64,000 bases of DNA, from positions 28,915-92,914 of IMG/VR virus record IMGVR_UViG_3300012979_000032; one strand, given 5' to 3'. Both the position numbers and the translations under genes were made by a program. Every line of letters begins with the position of its first letter. Position 1 is the first letter of the stretch. This document shows, in pieces, positions 28,240 through 39,844 of the stretch. The stretch comes from a virus. Its lineage: Duplodnaviria; Caudoviricetes. The notes below the pieces were generated by a model. The model saw nothing but the letters and a program-made list of their open reading frames with translations, did not search any database and was not told where the DNA came from.

Positions 28240-29193
28240 TTACTTAATTCTCATAATCTTAACGCCCTTTTGGTTGTCAGGCATAGTGTAAACACGAACA
28301 ACCTGCCATTCCATGTCGCCGGTACCAACTTCGAGGATACCCTTAGCGCCAGGAGTTAGAACGTCGCCAACCTTGAGTTCGGTGGCATTGATCATATTAG
28401 TAGTCATAATATCGCCGACATTGGTCTTGAATACACGAGGAACCATAGCGGTACCCTTTGGCATTCTCTTCTCGCGATAAATACCAAGACGCTTCCAAGG
28501 ATCATTGGTGAAGCCCCACTCATAGTAGTCTTCAACATCCTTAGTTACATCGTCATACTCATAGGTTACAGGAATCTGAACCTTGGTCTGACCATTCTCA
28601 TCGATCTCGTACTCTTCACCATTGTAGGTAAACTTACCATCAACGATATTGCAACGAACTTCGCCGATATCGATGGTCTGGAACTCAGTAGCACCAGTCT
28701 CAGCATTGCGGGTAGGATTGTTAGCAACAAAGTAACGAGAAATAGTCATAGAAGTGTTGCCCTTGTCATCCTTACCATTCAAATACATACCATTATGATA
28801 CTCAAGCTCAGGAGTCTCCCAATCATAAGGGGTATAAATACGAGCCTGATAGTCATCCTTAATCATAGCAAATTCGCAGTCCCACTGCTTGCTTCCATCA
28901 GGATGGTTGCGATAGAGCTTGATCTCATTATAAACAAGCATCCATTCGCCCTTGCCTTCGAAATTGACTTCGCCGATACCATTATCGTTAGCAGCATAGT
29001 CATACTTTACGAACTGGCCATTTTCCAAAATATCAATGTCAGCCTTGGCAGGTAGCTGAGCATAAATCTGAGCGGTTCTTTGAGCAGAAAGGTGATTTGG
29101 CTCAACCTGACCATAACCGAACTCTACATAACTAGCCTGAGACTTCAAACCAATGCGCTCTTGACTAGCCTTCAAAAAGTCCTTGAAATTCAT
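28240..29193 (-). CDS. Capsid decoration/minor head protein (317 aa, no TAG)
   Basis: Between scaffold and MCP; YGQVEPNHLSAQRTAQIYAQLP N-terminus. Confidence 0.6.
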   Translation of the reverse strand: MNFKDFLKASQERIGLKSQASYVEFGYGQVEPNHLSAQRTAQIYAQLPAKADIDILENGQFVKYDYAANDNGIGEVNFEGKGEWMLVYNEIKLYRNHPDGSKQWDCEFAMIKDDYQARIYTPYDWETPELEYHNGMYLNGKDDKGNTSMTISRYFVANNPTRNAETGATEFQTIDIGEVRCNIVDGKFTYNGEEYEIDENGQTKVQIPVTYEYDDVTKDVEDYYEWGFTNDPWKRLGIYREKRMPKGTAMVPRVFKTNVGDIMTTNMINATELKVGDVLTPGAKGILEVGTGDMEWQVVRVYTMPDNQKGVKIMRIK

Positions 29194-29214
29194 AGTCTTT
29201 TCCTCCTTAAATTA

Positions 29215-30825
29215 TTAGTTTAATGATTTCGCAGTGTCCAAGACAGCCAGCACCCAAGCTGGGGTGTCTTCGGTCTCATGGTTATTTAAACTATAAACCA
29301 TAGGATCATGTTCATCCTTATCATCATCAAGGTTGAAATTCACCTTATTGCGAACGCAAATAACAGAAAGCTTTGCTTCGATATCATCCAAAGAATAAGT
29401 ATCAATGTTAGCAACAACATCAGCCTTATCTTCGTCAGATAACATATAGAATCTCTCAATCATAGACTGCTTTTCCTGGCGCTCTACGGAGAGCTTGAAC
29501 TCAGTCAAAGTAGCAACTTGCTGCTCTAACTCAGTCTTAGTATTAGAAAGGGCATCAAAGTCAGCCTGAAGCTGAGCGAACTTAGAACTTAGCTCTTCGT
29601 ACTCTTCAAGAGAGAAGTGCTTCTTCTTTTTCTTCTCATCCTCATCATCTTCCTCTTTATCCTCTTTATCATCAGCGTCTTTCTTGTCATCAGCTGGGGC
29701 ATCTTCTTTCTTTTCGTCTTTATCTTCCCCATCTGTCTTATCTTCAGAATTAGAATCATCAGATTGGTCCTTTTTGTCCTCATCTTCTTTTTCTTCTTCC
29801 TTTTTCTTTTCCTGCTTCTTATACTCGGTCTCAAAGGCTTCAACATCAGCTAAAGCGAACTGAGGCTCACTTGCAGGAACATAAGTCTTGGTTACTTCTA
29901 CAAGCTCACTGACAGGCGCCAATCCATTGGTTTCATCAACAGAAAAATCGAGTCTGAAGTACTTCATAGAAGTGCGATCTGCGAGAATGGCAAATTTCTG
30001 GCCACCCTCCTCAAACACACCATCAATGGAATACTTAGAGCACCATCTCTCCTCACCAGGATAGGTCTTTTCAATATAGCTGTAGAGAGCACTCCATAGA
30101 GAGTCACCAATTTCTACTGCATATCTAGTAAACACTTGTGCTCCTCCTTCATTTTTTAATAATTCTTTGAGCTCATCCATCATTGAGCGCATTTGCTCCA
30201 TAAAACTAGGCTCAAATGAGAATGTCACTTCCGGCTTTGTAATGCTTGAGCCCTCGAAACAGGGTTCGCATTCTTCACCTAAAATACAAAGTTTAGATAT
30301 AACACCTTCGTTAATAATGAAAAATTTGGGTTTTCCATTATCATCTTTCGACCAGGTTGCATCTAATGTATTTTCATCTAATTCCATAGAATGATTATTT
30401 CCTTGGGTTAGGATACGAGCGCATTCTGGGTACTGCCCGGTCCATAAATAACCTTCAGTGCATAAATATTCTCGTTCAACTTTATCGTCATCTAAAAACC
30501 ATTGGAACCACACTCTGGCGTTTTCGCCAACAAAGCCATATGGCCGTGTAGTATCTTTGAAAGTCCATTTACCATTAGAAATGTCGATTGAACGATTATG
30601 CTCCTCAAAATCCTCTTTACTTTCGTTATAAAACCCAACGATAGGATTACCAGGTAAACTATTGGCAAGCTGCTTAGCCGTTTCTCTGGTAATCACACTT
30701 CTATTACGATTGGGTTCATCACTTACATAACACACCTTGATCTAGCATTTAGAAATTAGAGGATTCAAAGGAGTAATTTCTAGGATCTCACATGGAGGTC
30801 CAAGAGGGACACTCTTATGTCTCAT
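29215..30825 (-). CDS. Prohead protease-scaffold fusion (536 aa, 1 TAG near N-terminus)
   Basis: ATG 30825 with AGGAGG RBS; HSMEL and LCILG..EPCFEGS protease-type motifs; acidic/Lys low-complexity and coiled-coil C-terminus. Confidence 0.75.
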
Positions 30826-30837
30826 GTTACTTCCTCC

Positions 30838-32490
30838 TTACTTCATTGATTCTAAATTCTTAATAGTCTTTTCACTCTTTTGACCATCTTCCTTTGCTGG
30901 TCGACCGGCCGCCTTCGCCTCGCCGCCATTGGAAGAAGCATTCCCTGATTTATCTTGAGTTTTAGACTAGATGGATTGTTGATTTCCACCCTTGCCAGTT
31001 AAAGTTTGTAATCCTTCGGCATTCATAGTACTACTCTACATAGGTGGTAGCATAATCTCACTGAGATGCAAGAACTCATTTTCAAACTTCGCAGTATGAA
31101 TAATTGAGCTTTGTGAATGTCCAAGAGCAATCTGAGGTAACATCTTAGAGTAACCAATTTGAACTTGTTCTTTGTACATCTTAGAAAGTTCTCTGTAATT
31201 ATATTGAGTGGTTTCAAGCATATAGAATTTAAAAACCATCTTACGCTTGCTTCCACTCTTTTTCTATGTTATTCTATCAAATAACATATGGAACTAGAAT
31301 AGCAAATCTCGAATGGCACTTTCGTCATCAAGGATGGAATATTGCAAAGATAAGTTACCATCTGAGTTAAACAAATTCTTTGCAACACCGAAAGAGTTAT
31401 AAACAGAACGTTCAACTTTTTCCAAATCATCCTTGGTGGTTGCCGTATTAGAATCAGCAATATCTTCAACTGCAACATCAGCGAAAGTGGTTAATACATC
31501 GACGCCAACCGCACGAGATAACATTTCAACCGCATTATTATGAATATCACGAGCTTCATCTACGTCAAAGATTAAGTCACCATTCTTATCACGAGGTAGC
31601 TTCTGAATTAAAATCTTCAAAAGCTGTTGCATTTGTTTGCGTCTATCCAAATCTTGAGCTTCATCTAAATCTAATAGCTGAGGAATCGCAGAGATAAATA
31701 ATGGCATTTCGTCATTATATAAATTAAACTTAACAGTACAATTAGGATCAAGCACATACCAACAACCGTGGCAGTTATCTCGATTCATTAAATCATCTGA
31801 TTGAAGTTTTCCACTCTTATACTTTACATATCCCTCTTGGAAATCTTTGGGGAACATTTTTAGGACTCGCATTCTATTCTGCGTATCTCTGAACTGTTCA
31901 TCAAAGAACTTCATATTAAATTCGACTACTGGATTCGTGCCTTGGTACCAACGAGAACGGCAATATCTTACAGGAAGCTGTTGAATCAAAACACCATTAG
32001 GTGATTCAATCAAATAACCATAATAAACGCCATTCTTAATGACCTCTAAGGCAATCTGGCCGCAAAGTCTCTTAATGTGACTATTGTCCAGATAATCTAA
32101 AATGGATTCGAACTCTTCTAATACTTTCTCTTCCTTTATTTTCTTATCCTTTACCTCTGGAACTACGTACCAATCATAACGATAAAGATAAGCAAAATAA
32201 TTACATACTCGAGAATAAATGCCACTAGTTCGATAGAAGTAATTTGAGATATCTCTTAATACAGGCAAGTTCTTTTCGTATAAAGCTTTCATAATAAATG
32301 CCTTATTACTATACTGGCGATTAACGGATTTATGGTTTCCCAATGCCATTACCGCATCATCTAAGACTTTAGTGCCGACTTTAATTTTCCCATAATCTAA
32401 ATGAGGCGGAACTTCCATCTAAGGCTAACGAGGATTATAGCCAGTAATATTAAAGGATTTAGAATGAATCTCTTGCTGACGATCGCTCAA
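30838..32490 (-). CDS. Portal protein (550 aa, several TAG)
   Basis: TTG 32490 after GGAGGTG; fragments 31294..32418 and 31036..31239 in frame; TAA 30838; position after terminase. Confidence 0.8.
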
Positions 32491-32510
32491 ATTTCTTCAC
32501 CTCCTTAGTG

Positions 32511-32876
32511 TTACCAATTTTTCCCATAAGCTTTCTCCATGATATAGTCATAGTTAATGAGGTATTCATCAGTATATGGGATTTCTATCAATTTAAAATC
32601 GTGCAAAGCGCAGAATCTTCGTTTTTTATTATCATTAAATTGCTGCTAATAAAAACCTTTCTTTCCGCCAAACTTCGCACTTGGCTCATAATGCTATTTG
32701 CCTTGATATTCAATTATAAAATCAATATTGTTATCATCATCAAACACAACGAAGTCAAAACGAAGAGGTCTTCCATTCGGGCTAGAGAGTCCTTCAAAGC
32801 TATATTCCATTTTGAAATTAAGCTCAGCTTCTGTTAAAATTTCTTCAATTTTTACTTCTCCTCTTGACGCACGCAC
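32511..32876 (-). CDS. Vsr/DUF559-like endonuclease (121 aa, 2 TAG)
   Basis: LRFDF...IEYQGK(TAG)HY...KRRFC...LIEIPY matches the EYxGxQH motif with TAG as Q. Confidence 0.75.
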
Positions 32877-32893
32877 AAAAACCCCTCCTTTCG

Positions 32894-34621
32894 TTAATTA
32901 TAAAAACGCCATTCTTTTGCGTTAAATTTCTTCTTCTTTTTGTTTGATTCTTCTTGTTTAATATAATATAATCCGTATTCAAAAGCAGAAAATTTATCCT
33001 TTTTAATACCTCTATTAGCTTGACGCAAAATGATGTTAACTCCTTCATTTTCTTCACGAAGGTTCATCATTTCCTCTCTTAATATGGAAGTTAGAGTAAA
33101 TGGTTTTAAATATTCTGCCCTTTCCTCAGGTTTCATATTTTGACCAACTTTAGTACCGAGTAACTTAGTCTTAGCTACGCGCTCGTCAATCAAAAATTTA
33201 ACCTTACCAGAAGACATCATAGACTGGGCATTAGCATGAGCTTCAGTATTGATCGGCGCATTTGCTTTGATAATGTACATAGCATCTTGTTCACACTCAG
33301 CACTACGATATTTTTTATACTCACCATCTTGATCGTTATAAACGCCAAAATCTGGGAAGAATTCATTTGTATCTGGATCAGTTTGCTTTTTAACCATGTA
33401 ATCAACAAGTCCAATACCAAGACCATTTCCGTCGATAACCAATCTGCGAGCATTATATTTATAGAATAATTTCTTCAACCAAATAGCCTGCTCTTCAAAG
33501 TGTTCATCATTTTTAGTATAAATATTTACTAACTGGCAGATACAGGTTCCCTGCGGCTGTGGGGTGCATTTAAATACCATACACACAGAATCGCATCCTT
33601 TACGACCAATATCAGCAGATAGAATATAAAAACTTTGTTTTCCGGCTCGGCCAGACTTCTCATATTCTGGCTATTTAAGAATTCTATTTCGATCAAAAAC
33701 CTCAGAATTGAAGAAAGCATCTTCTACAGTACCAGACCACTTAGACTCATATTCTCGCTCAAAAGCTACTTCATTGAAGGTACCGTCCATTTTTAAGTCC
33801 TTAATAAAGTTCTTATCCAAGAGCTTAACTAAAACTGGAATTCTATAAGTACCACCCATGACAATAGATTTTTCGGGCTTTACAATTTGCCACACTAAGA
33901 ACTGAATTAATTTGTCGTAAGGGAATGTATTTTTAAATCCTGCGGTGGTGATATAAAGTTGGCTCTTATTCAATTGCTCTTCTGGATGAGTAGAGCCATC
34001 CATACACATACGAGAAATATTCATGGTGGGAATAATAACCTGAGATAGGATATCTCCATCAACGCCGACACACTCCTCAATAACTCCGGCATGACGACGC
34101 TTACCACGAGAACTCTCTCGCGCAGCAATGTTATCAAAATAAGATCCACTCTTAAATACGTATTTACAATAATCTTTACCTTCAAGAGTTTTACCTCTTG
34201 ACCAGTCAATTTCTTTATTAAAAGCTGGAATGAGAGTACAAATTTCCTGTACTTTTTCTTTCATAATTCCAGCAGCCTGTTCCTTACCACCAGAAGTAAC
34301 GAACAGCTTACATTTTGGGTATAACACGCATCGGATCATCAAAACCATCATAGACAGAAAGGATTTTGAATAAGCACGTGGGAATACCGCATACATATAT
34401 TGGTGTCGCATAGCGGCACGTAAAAATACTCTTTGATAAAAATAAAATTTAAAGTTTTGCGGGTTGCCGCAAGTTAGCAAGAAATCTATAAACATATCAG
34501 GGTACTCACGCCAAAAAGCGATATATTCTCGCATCTGGGGAACAATCGCTTGAATGCGCTCTTCTGAAATACCAACTTTTTTTCGTTCTTTACTTAAATT
34601 AAGTAAGTCATCTAATGCCAT
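32894..34621 (-). CDS. terL: Terminase large subunit (575 aa, 1 TAG between ATPase and nuclease domains)
   Basis: Walker A-like FPRAYSKS, Walker B VIEE, YITTAG coupling motif, nuclease SADIGR and IDGNGLG, C-terminal KDKFSA. Confidence 0.9.
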
Positions 34622-34623
34622 AC

Positions 34624-35829
34624 TTAACTACCTTCTTTAATATGCCGCATAAGCTCTTCATCTGAAAGTTCTTCTTCCTCGATAAACTCTCCGAAGTCTT
34701 CAAAGTCTTCATCTTTGAGTTCATCAAGATTTTCATATTCAAGCTCTTCTTCGACATCTTCGTCTTCTTCTTTAGATTCTTGCTCAACCATTTGTTTAAC
34801 CGCATTTTCAATTAAGTTACCGAGATTCATTTCATCAACAACAAGAGAGTGAGTATAATTCTTCAAGTCCATTAGAGTCTCATCTACTCGATCATTTGGA
34901 CCACCTGTATAATAACGAGGAATAAATCCTTCTTTCTCGCAAATTACAACTAATTCACCAATCGAATCAAGATATTCACCATTCTCGGCTTTGTTCTGAG
35001 CGGCGGTAAATTTACCAGATTTCATAAGTCCGTCATACATCTTTACCATTTTCTGCGCTGCATCAACATCGCCAATATCAAGAAGTTGGTTAGCCTTTAA
35101 AGAAGTTTTACAAACGAGTTTTAAAATATCTTCATGTCCAGCACCTTGAATATCATAAGATTCTTCCATTTCTTTGTAAAGCTATTCTAACTTTACCCAC
35201 TCTTCTGGCTTATAAGCCTTACCCCACTTAATTAATAAGTATCTCTTATCTTCGTCAGTAAGGTCGGCTCCTAAGTCAATATCAATTCCTAGTTGCTCGG
35301 CAAAGTAATCCTCTTGTTGGGACATAGCGGGCTCGTAACCGAAAACGGCAGGTTCAGGAGTCAAATCCGGCATTTCCAAAGGCTTATCAGGCATAGTTAA
35401 TTGTTGTCCAGAAAGCACAGTAGCAATTTCGGCGGCGCTATAACCTTGACGCTTCATTGTTTCTTCGGTTTTCTTATTCGCCATATCCTGTAAGAATTCA
35501 CTATCTTGCCAGCGGTATTGTTTAAATTGCGCTAGTTTCATTTTTGAAAGATAGCGGCCAATAATAGTAGTACCAGTAACTTTAGAACGATCTTTTGCAT
35601 ATGACAGCATTAATTTATTCCACTCTTCTGGAATATATGGGACATCACATTCCTACAAAATCCAGAGGTATGTTTCAGGATCCCAATTATCAACGCGCAT
35701 AGTCATACACTATTTACAAATTTTCAATTTACCTTCAGGGTATTTTTCTGTATTGTTCGAGCCATAAAATTGATCAGCTCGCATTGTTTTTTTACATTTT
35801 TCACAATAAAAAGTTCTTGTGTCTGCCAT
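34624..35829 (-). CDS. Zn-finger protein upstream of TerL, possible terminase small subunit (401 aa, 3 TAG)
   Basis: ATG 35829 with AAAGGAGG RBS; CEKC and CK(TAG)C motifs; joins ORFs 35182..35610 and 34624..35169. Confidence 0.7.
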
Positions 35830-35874
35830 AAAAAATCACATCCTCCTTTAATCTATTATAAACCAAAAGTACGA

Positions 35875-36951
35875 TTATTTCAACTTTTTGTCCTTTGGAG
35901 GAGTTTTTTTGTTGCGGCAAGCTTTACAAATGGAGTAAAAACCATCTTTACTCGTTTTGTTTTTACTGAAATATTTATTGTGAGCTAATTTGATTTCTCC
36001 GCAACGGCTGCAACGCTTATACTAGCCTTTTGCTTCGCTTAAATAATAGGTATCGAGGAATTGGTCCTCCGCACAGGAGGCTAAAAGCCCAGGAATCTTA
36101 TTACGCCATAAACTTGAAATATATTCTAAACTGTGTTTAATCTAATACTTTTCTAATAATACTTCCTAGATATCTATATTCTACGCACCATCAATTTTTA
36201 ATTCTACAATAGTTCTATATAATGGGTAATCTGCTAACGCAACTTCCATTAAAGAATCAAAGTCATGCATCGTGGCCCAAAGATCGCTATCAAATCGCCC
36301 ATAAGACGAATCTTTTAATTTATTATAATAGCATAAAATTGCTGAGCAAACTTTTGGGTCACATAGTGAAACGCCATGCGGAATAACATAACCTTCCTCG
36401 TCAAATTCATACCATTCTGGATGAATTCTAGAGAAACTGGAACGAGTTAAATTTTTAGCAACAATAGGTGGTTTATAACAATTCTTAATAAGATACTAAT
36501 CTTTTCGTAAATCAATAATTGCTTGCTTAATAATATATTTATCTCGCCCTTCGGCAGTTTTTAATCGTTCCTCCCAAGCGGCAATACTTTCGCGTATTTG
36601 CTTGAGATAGGGAATATCTTCCAAATCTTGTTTAGTTATCTTTACTTTTGGCTAAAAGATAATCGTTTTATTGTTTTCGGTCATAAGATTATAAATGCCG
36701 TCTTCGCCATTTTCAAGCGAGGCAACGAGACCTTCAAGGGAGGTCTCATGCTTGCTAATAGTGACGGCATGATTTTCACTTAGAGCCTTAATACGCTTAT
36801 CTTTTCTATCTTGTTTTTCAATTCCATTCATAAGATAGTCACCAAGAATTTCGAGATAACGTTCATTAATATCAGGGGTTTCGGCAATAATTTGTTCTAC
36901 TAATTTATTGCGCTCCTGCGGGTCCTCGATAGTGTAGTCTAATTTCAACAC
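35875..36951 (-). CDS. Hypothetical protein with HTH-like region and C-terminal Zn ribbon (~358 aa, 6 TAG), possible regulator
   Basis: ORF 36652..36975 continues through TAGs to TAA 35875; CSRC...CKAC; start is GTG 36951 or leaderless ATG 36975. Confidence 0.7.
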
Positions 36952-36975
36952 TTGTTTCACCCCCAGTCTAGTCAT

Positions 36976-37059
36976 ATTATACCATTTTTTTTAGGGGTTG
37001 TCAATTTTTTGTCGTGCCGTTACCAGTTTTTTGACAAAATGAAAAAAAATTGGTATAAT
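36976..37059. promoter_or_regulatory. Divergent sigma-A promoter pair
   Basis: Minus TTGACA-17-TATAAT ending just upstream of 36975; plus TTGACA(37031)-17-TATAAT. Confidence 0.85.
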
Positions 37060-37084
37060 ATTAGTGAAAAGGAGTGATAGACAA

Positions 37085-37960
37085 ATGTTAGATATTAAAT
37101 CTTATGTTATTAAGTGGAAGGAAGCTCTCAAGGAGAGAATTTCTAAGTTGATGCGCAAACCCGTTTTGGTTATTGTACAAATGGGTAATGTTGAGGCATC
37201 CAATAGGTATGTGCGCAATAAGGTTAAGGATGCTAATGAAGTTGGCATTGATGCGGTTGTAGCGCATTTTGAAGAAGATAGTTTCGAGACTATTGAGCAG
37301 TTTAAGGATAAGGTCACTGAGCTGGCGATGAATGGCGCCGACGGCATTATTGTGCAATTACCGCTGCCAGAGAAGTTTAATAATGTTAAGTATTTACTGG
37401 AAAATGTGCCAGCGCATATGGACGTTGATGGGTTAAGTGGTAAACCAGGAGCGCAAACTCCTTGCACCCCTCTTGGAATGATGACGTTTATTAATGATAA
37501 GAGATTGATTGAGAAGCCGTTTAAGAAGGCTTTGGTGATTGGCCGTAGCGAGTTGGTCGGAAGGCCAATGGCTAAGTTGCTTTTGGATAATGATTATACG
37601 GTTACGGTTGCGCATAGTAAGAGTGGTATGCATACAATCCAAGAGATGGCGCGACAGGCTGATTTGGTGGTTTGCGCGGTCGGCAAAGAGAAGTTCTTGG
37701 ACTGCACGCATATTAATGGCATTGTAATGGATGTCGGCATTAATTTTGATGCGGATGGCAAGATGTGCGGCGATTGCTATATTGGCGACCCTGAAGCGAA
37801 AACAACTGTGGATTTGCGGTCTCCGGTTCCGGGGGGCGTTGGACTACTTACACGATGCGCATTGATGGAAAATACGGTGCGCAGTTGCGAGTGGCAAGAA
37901 GAGGAAATGAGGAGATGCGAATATGAATTTACTTTACGAGAACCAGAGCAGAAAAATTGA
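37085..37960 (+). CDS. folD: Bifunctional methylenetetrahydrofolate dehydrogenase/cyclohydrolase
   Basis: YVRNK, DGIIVQLPLP, DVDG, PCTPLG, VIGRSELVGRP, DVGINF, GD, PVPGGVGLLT motifs. Confidence 0.95.
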   Translation: MLDIKSYVIKWKEALKERISKLMRKPVLVIVQMGNVEASNRYVRNKVKDANEVGIDAVVAHFEEDSFETIEQFKDKVTELAMNGADGIIVQLPLPEKFNNVKYLLENVPAHMDVDGLSGKPGAQTPCTPLGMMTFINDKRLIEKPFKKALVIGRSELVGRPMAKLLLDNDYTVTVAHSKSGMHTIQEMARQADLVVCAVGKEKFLDCTHINGIVMDVGINFDADGKMCGDCYIGDPEAKTTVDLRSPVPGGVGLLTRCALMENTVRSCEWQEEEMRRCEYEFTLREPEQKN

Positions 37961-38165
37961 CAATCTCGGACGAGTGACAATTCCAAAGCCGATTCGAGAT
38001 AGATTGGGATGGGAGCAGAATGACGAGGTTGAATTTTATACGATGGATGGGGCTTTCATTGTACTGTCAAAAGGAAAGATGCGAGACAGCAGATATGATA
38101 TTGCTGCCGAGGTTTTGGGGGAACTTGGGTTGGAGATTCCGAAAGAGCTAAAACGGGGTACCTAA
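37923..38165 (+). CDS. AbrB/SpoVT-family DNA-binding protein
   Basis: RKIDNLGRVTIPKPIRDRLG..NDEVEF signature. Confidence 0.9.
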   Translation: MNLLYENQSRKIDNLGRVTIPKPIRDRLGWEQNDEVEFYTMDGAFIVLSKGKMRDSRYDIAAEVLGELGLEIPKELKRGT

Positions 38166-38597
38166 TCTGTATTTTCCCGTAAATAAGACCCTACTACGTA
38201 GGGTCTTAGGATTGAAAAAAATATTTGGTGGGAGAATTGTCCAGACAGAAACGATTTTAAGTACTGAAAAAAGATTTTTCCCGAAATACACCCCCGGGTT
38301 TTGTTTTATCTGAGTGTAATGTATAAAAAGTATTGTCAGGTTTTCCAGAAAGTCTATTGTCGGCTTTTTGGACGCCGGGGGCAAAAATACCCCAGATACG
38401 CGGGAAGGTATGTATACATAAAATAACGATCGCAGGCGCGCGCACGGGTGTAGCGCGCCTTTTTTGCGTTACACAGAAGCTATGCATAAAAAATTTAACA
38501 AAAGTGTAACAAATTTGTAACAACTAAACATCCCGATACTCCCATCTATGTATTGTTAAATATTTGTTAATAAAATGTAACAATCTATCCATGCACC

Positions 38598-38640
38598 TGT
38601 GGATAAAGTTATCCACAATGTTATCCACAGGCGGGGATAA
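38598..38640. promoter_or_regulatory. DnaA box cluster
   Basis: TGTGGATAA 38598, TTATCCACA 38609, TTATCCACA 38621, degenerate CGGGGATAA 38632. Confidence 0.8.
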
Positions 38641-38747
38641 AAAATAATAAAAAAAATTATAAAAAAACCCTTGACAAGACAGCCAATGTGTGGTACTATG
38701 TAATCACAGAGAGGGCAAGAGCTCTCCAAGAGAAAGGAAGTACGACT

Positions 38748-39068
38748 ATGATGACCATCAACTCTCTCACCCTTAGCTATCACGCAGGCGTTGAACGCGC
38801 AGACAGAGTAGCCTTCATTGATGAACGCATTGGTTGGGGACAGATCATTAAGGAAGTGTATTATCATGGATGCTATCATTGTATCACTGATACTGGTGTT
38901 GCTCTGGTGGTAGATAACAACAGACAGACCATCATCACCCTGTATCTGGTGGATGCTATGGAATTACAGCGCACCTTCAACAACAACACCCCCAAGTACC
39001 TGCTGAAAAAGGTTAAGCATTACACCCAGCTGGGATGGGTCAATCATTACTCCCTGCGCCACTCCTGA
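38748..39068 (+). CDS. Hypothetical early protein (106 aa)
   Basis: Promoter 38671, GAAAGGAAG RBS; YH...R..R motif reminiscent of RelE-like folds (weak). Confidence 0.75.
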   Translation: MMTINSLTLSYHAGVERADRVAFIDERIGWGQIIKEVYYHGCYHCITDTGVALVVDNNRQTIITLYLVDAMELQRTFNNNTPKYLLKKVKHYTQLGWVNHYSLRHS

Positions 39069-39195
39069 AAGGGTGGCGCTTCCGGTAAAAAATAAAAAAA
39101 TTTTTCTAAGAAAAAGCTTGACAAGTATCTCAATGTGTGGTATTATTTAATCACGGTAAGGGAAGAACCTGCCGGGGATAAAGGAGGAAACAACA

Positions 39196-39375
39196 ATGAC
39201 TAAGATCATGGAACGCGCCCTTGATGTAGTAGTTCGCGCACGCGGCTTCGAAGATAACCAGACTATCCTGTTCGCACACCTTCTGGAGAGTGGCACTATC
39301 CAAGAGAGCGAAGCCATGGAGCTTGCGCAGAGGGTGGCAAACCTGCCCTTCATGGAAGACGATGACGAAGAATAA
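39196..39375 (+). CDS. Small acidic-tailed protein (59 aa), below ORF-track cutoff
   Basis: Promoter 39118, AAGGAGG RBS, MTKIMERALDVV...MEDDDEE. Confidence 0.8.
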   Translation: MTKIMERALDVVVRARGFEDNQTILFAHLLESGTIQESEAMELAQRVANLPFMEDDDEE

Positions 39376-39485
39376 ATAAAAAAAACTTGCGGAAAACGCT
39401 TGACAAGAATCACCGAGTATGCTATAATAAGTACAGTTGATGAGGGAACATCAACGACACGAGATAGAGAAAGAGGTAATGAGCA

Positions 39486-39740
39486 ATGATGAACATTAAG
39501 GAAGCGCAGAACAAGGTTAACGAGTACATCACCAAGAATGTTGACGGCATCATCGCAACCATCGAAGCATCCATCATCGAATCTGCGGAGCAGGGCAAGA
39601 CTCGCATCGACTACTCCTTCGAGCGCAACACCAACCAGAACATGGAAATCCAGAAGCGCGTGATGCAGGTGCTCGCGAATGCTGGCTATCGTCTGCGCAC
39701 TATGAACAATGGTGCTCTGGAAATCTGCTGGGCTGCTTAA
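39486..39740 (+). CDS. Hypothetical early protein
   Basis: Own promoter and RBS. Confidence 0.8.
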   Translation: MMNIKEAQNKVNEYITKNVDGIIATIEASIIESAEQGKTRIDYSFERNTNQNMEIQKRVMQVLANAGYRLRTMNNGALEICWAA

Positions 39741-39844
39741 AAAAAAGTTTGTCAAGGGGTGAAAAACCCCTTGACAACCATCCCGAAATGTGCTATACTA
39801 ATAATGTCGAAAGGCAATGAACATAAAGAAAGAGGTAACATACA

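Noticed and set aside
6440-35900. Phage-specific late promoter motif upstream of 6424, 20188 and 35829
   Set aside because: Only a vague GG(G/A)CA plus AT-rich similarity; no convincing consensus by eye.
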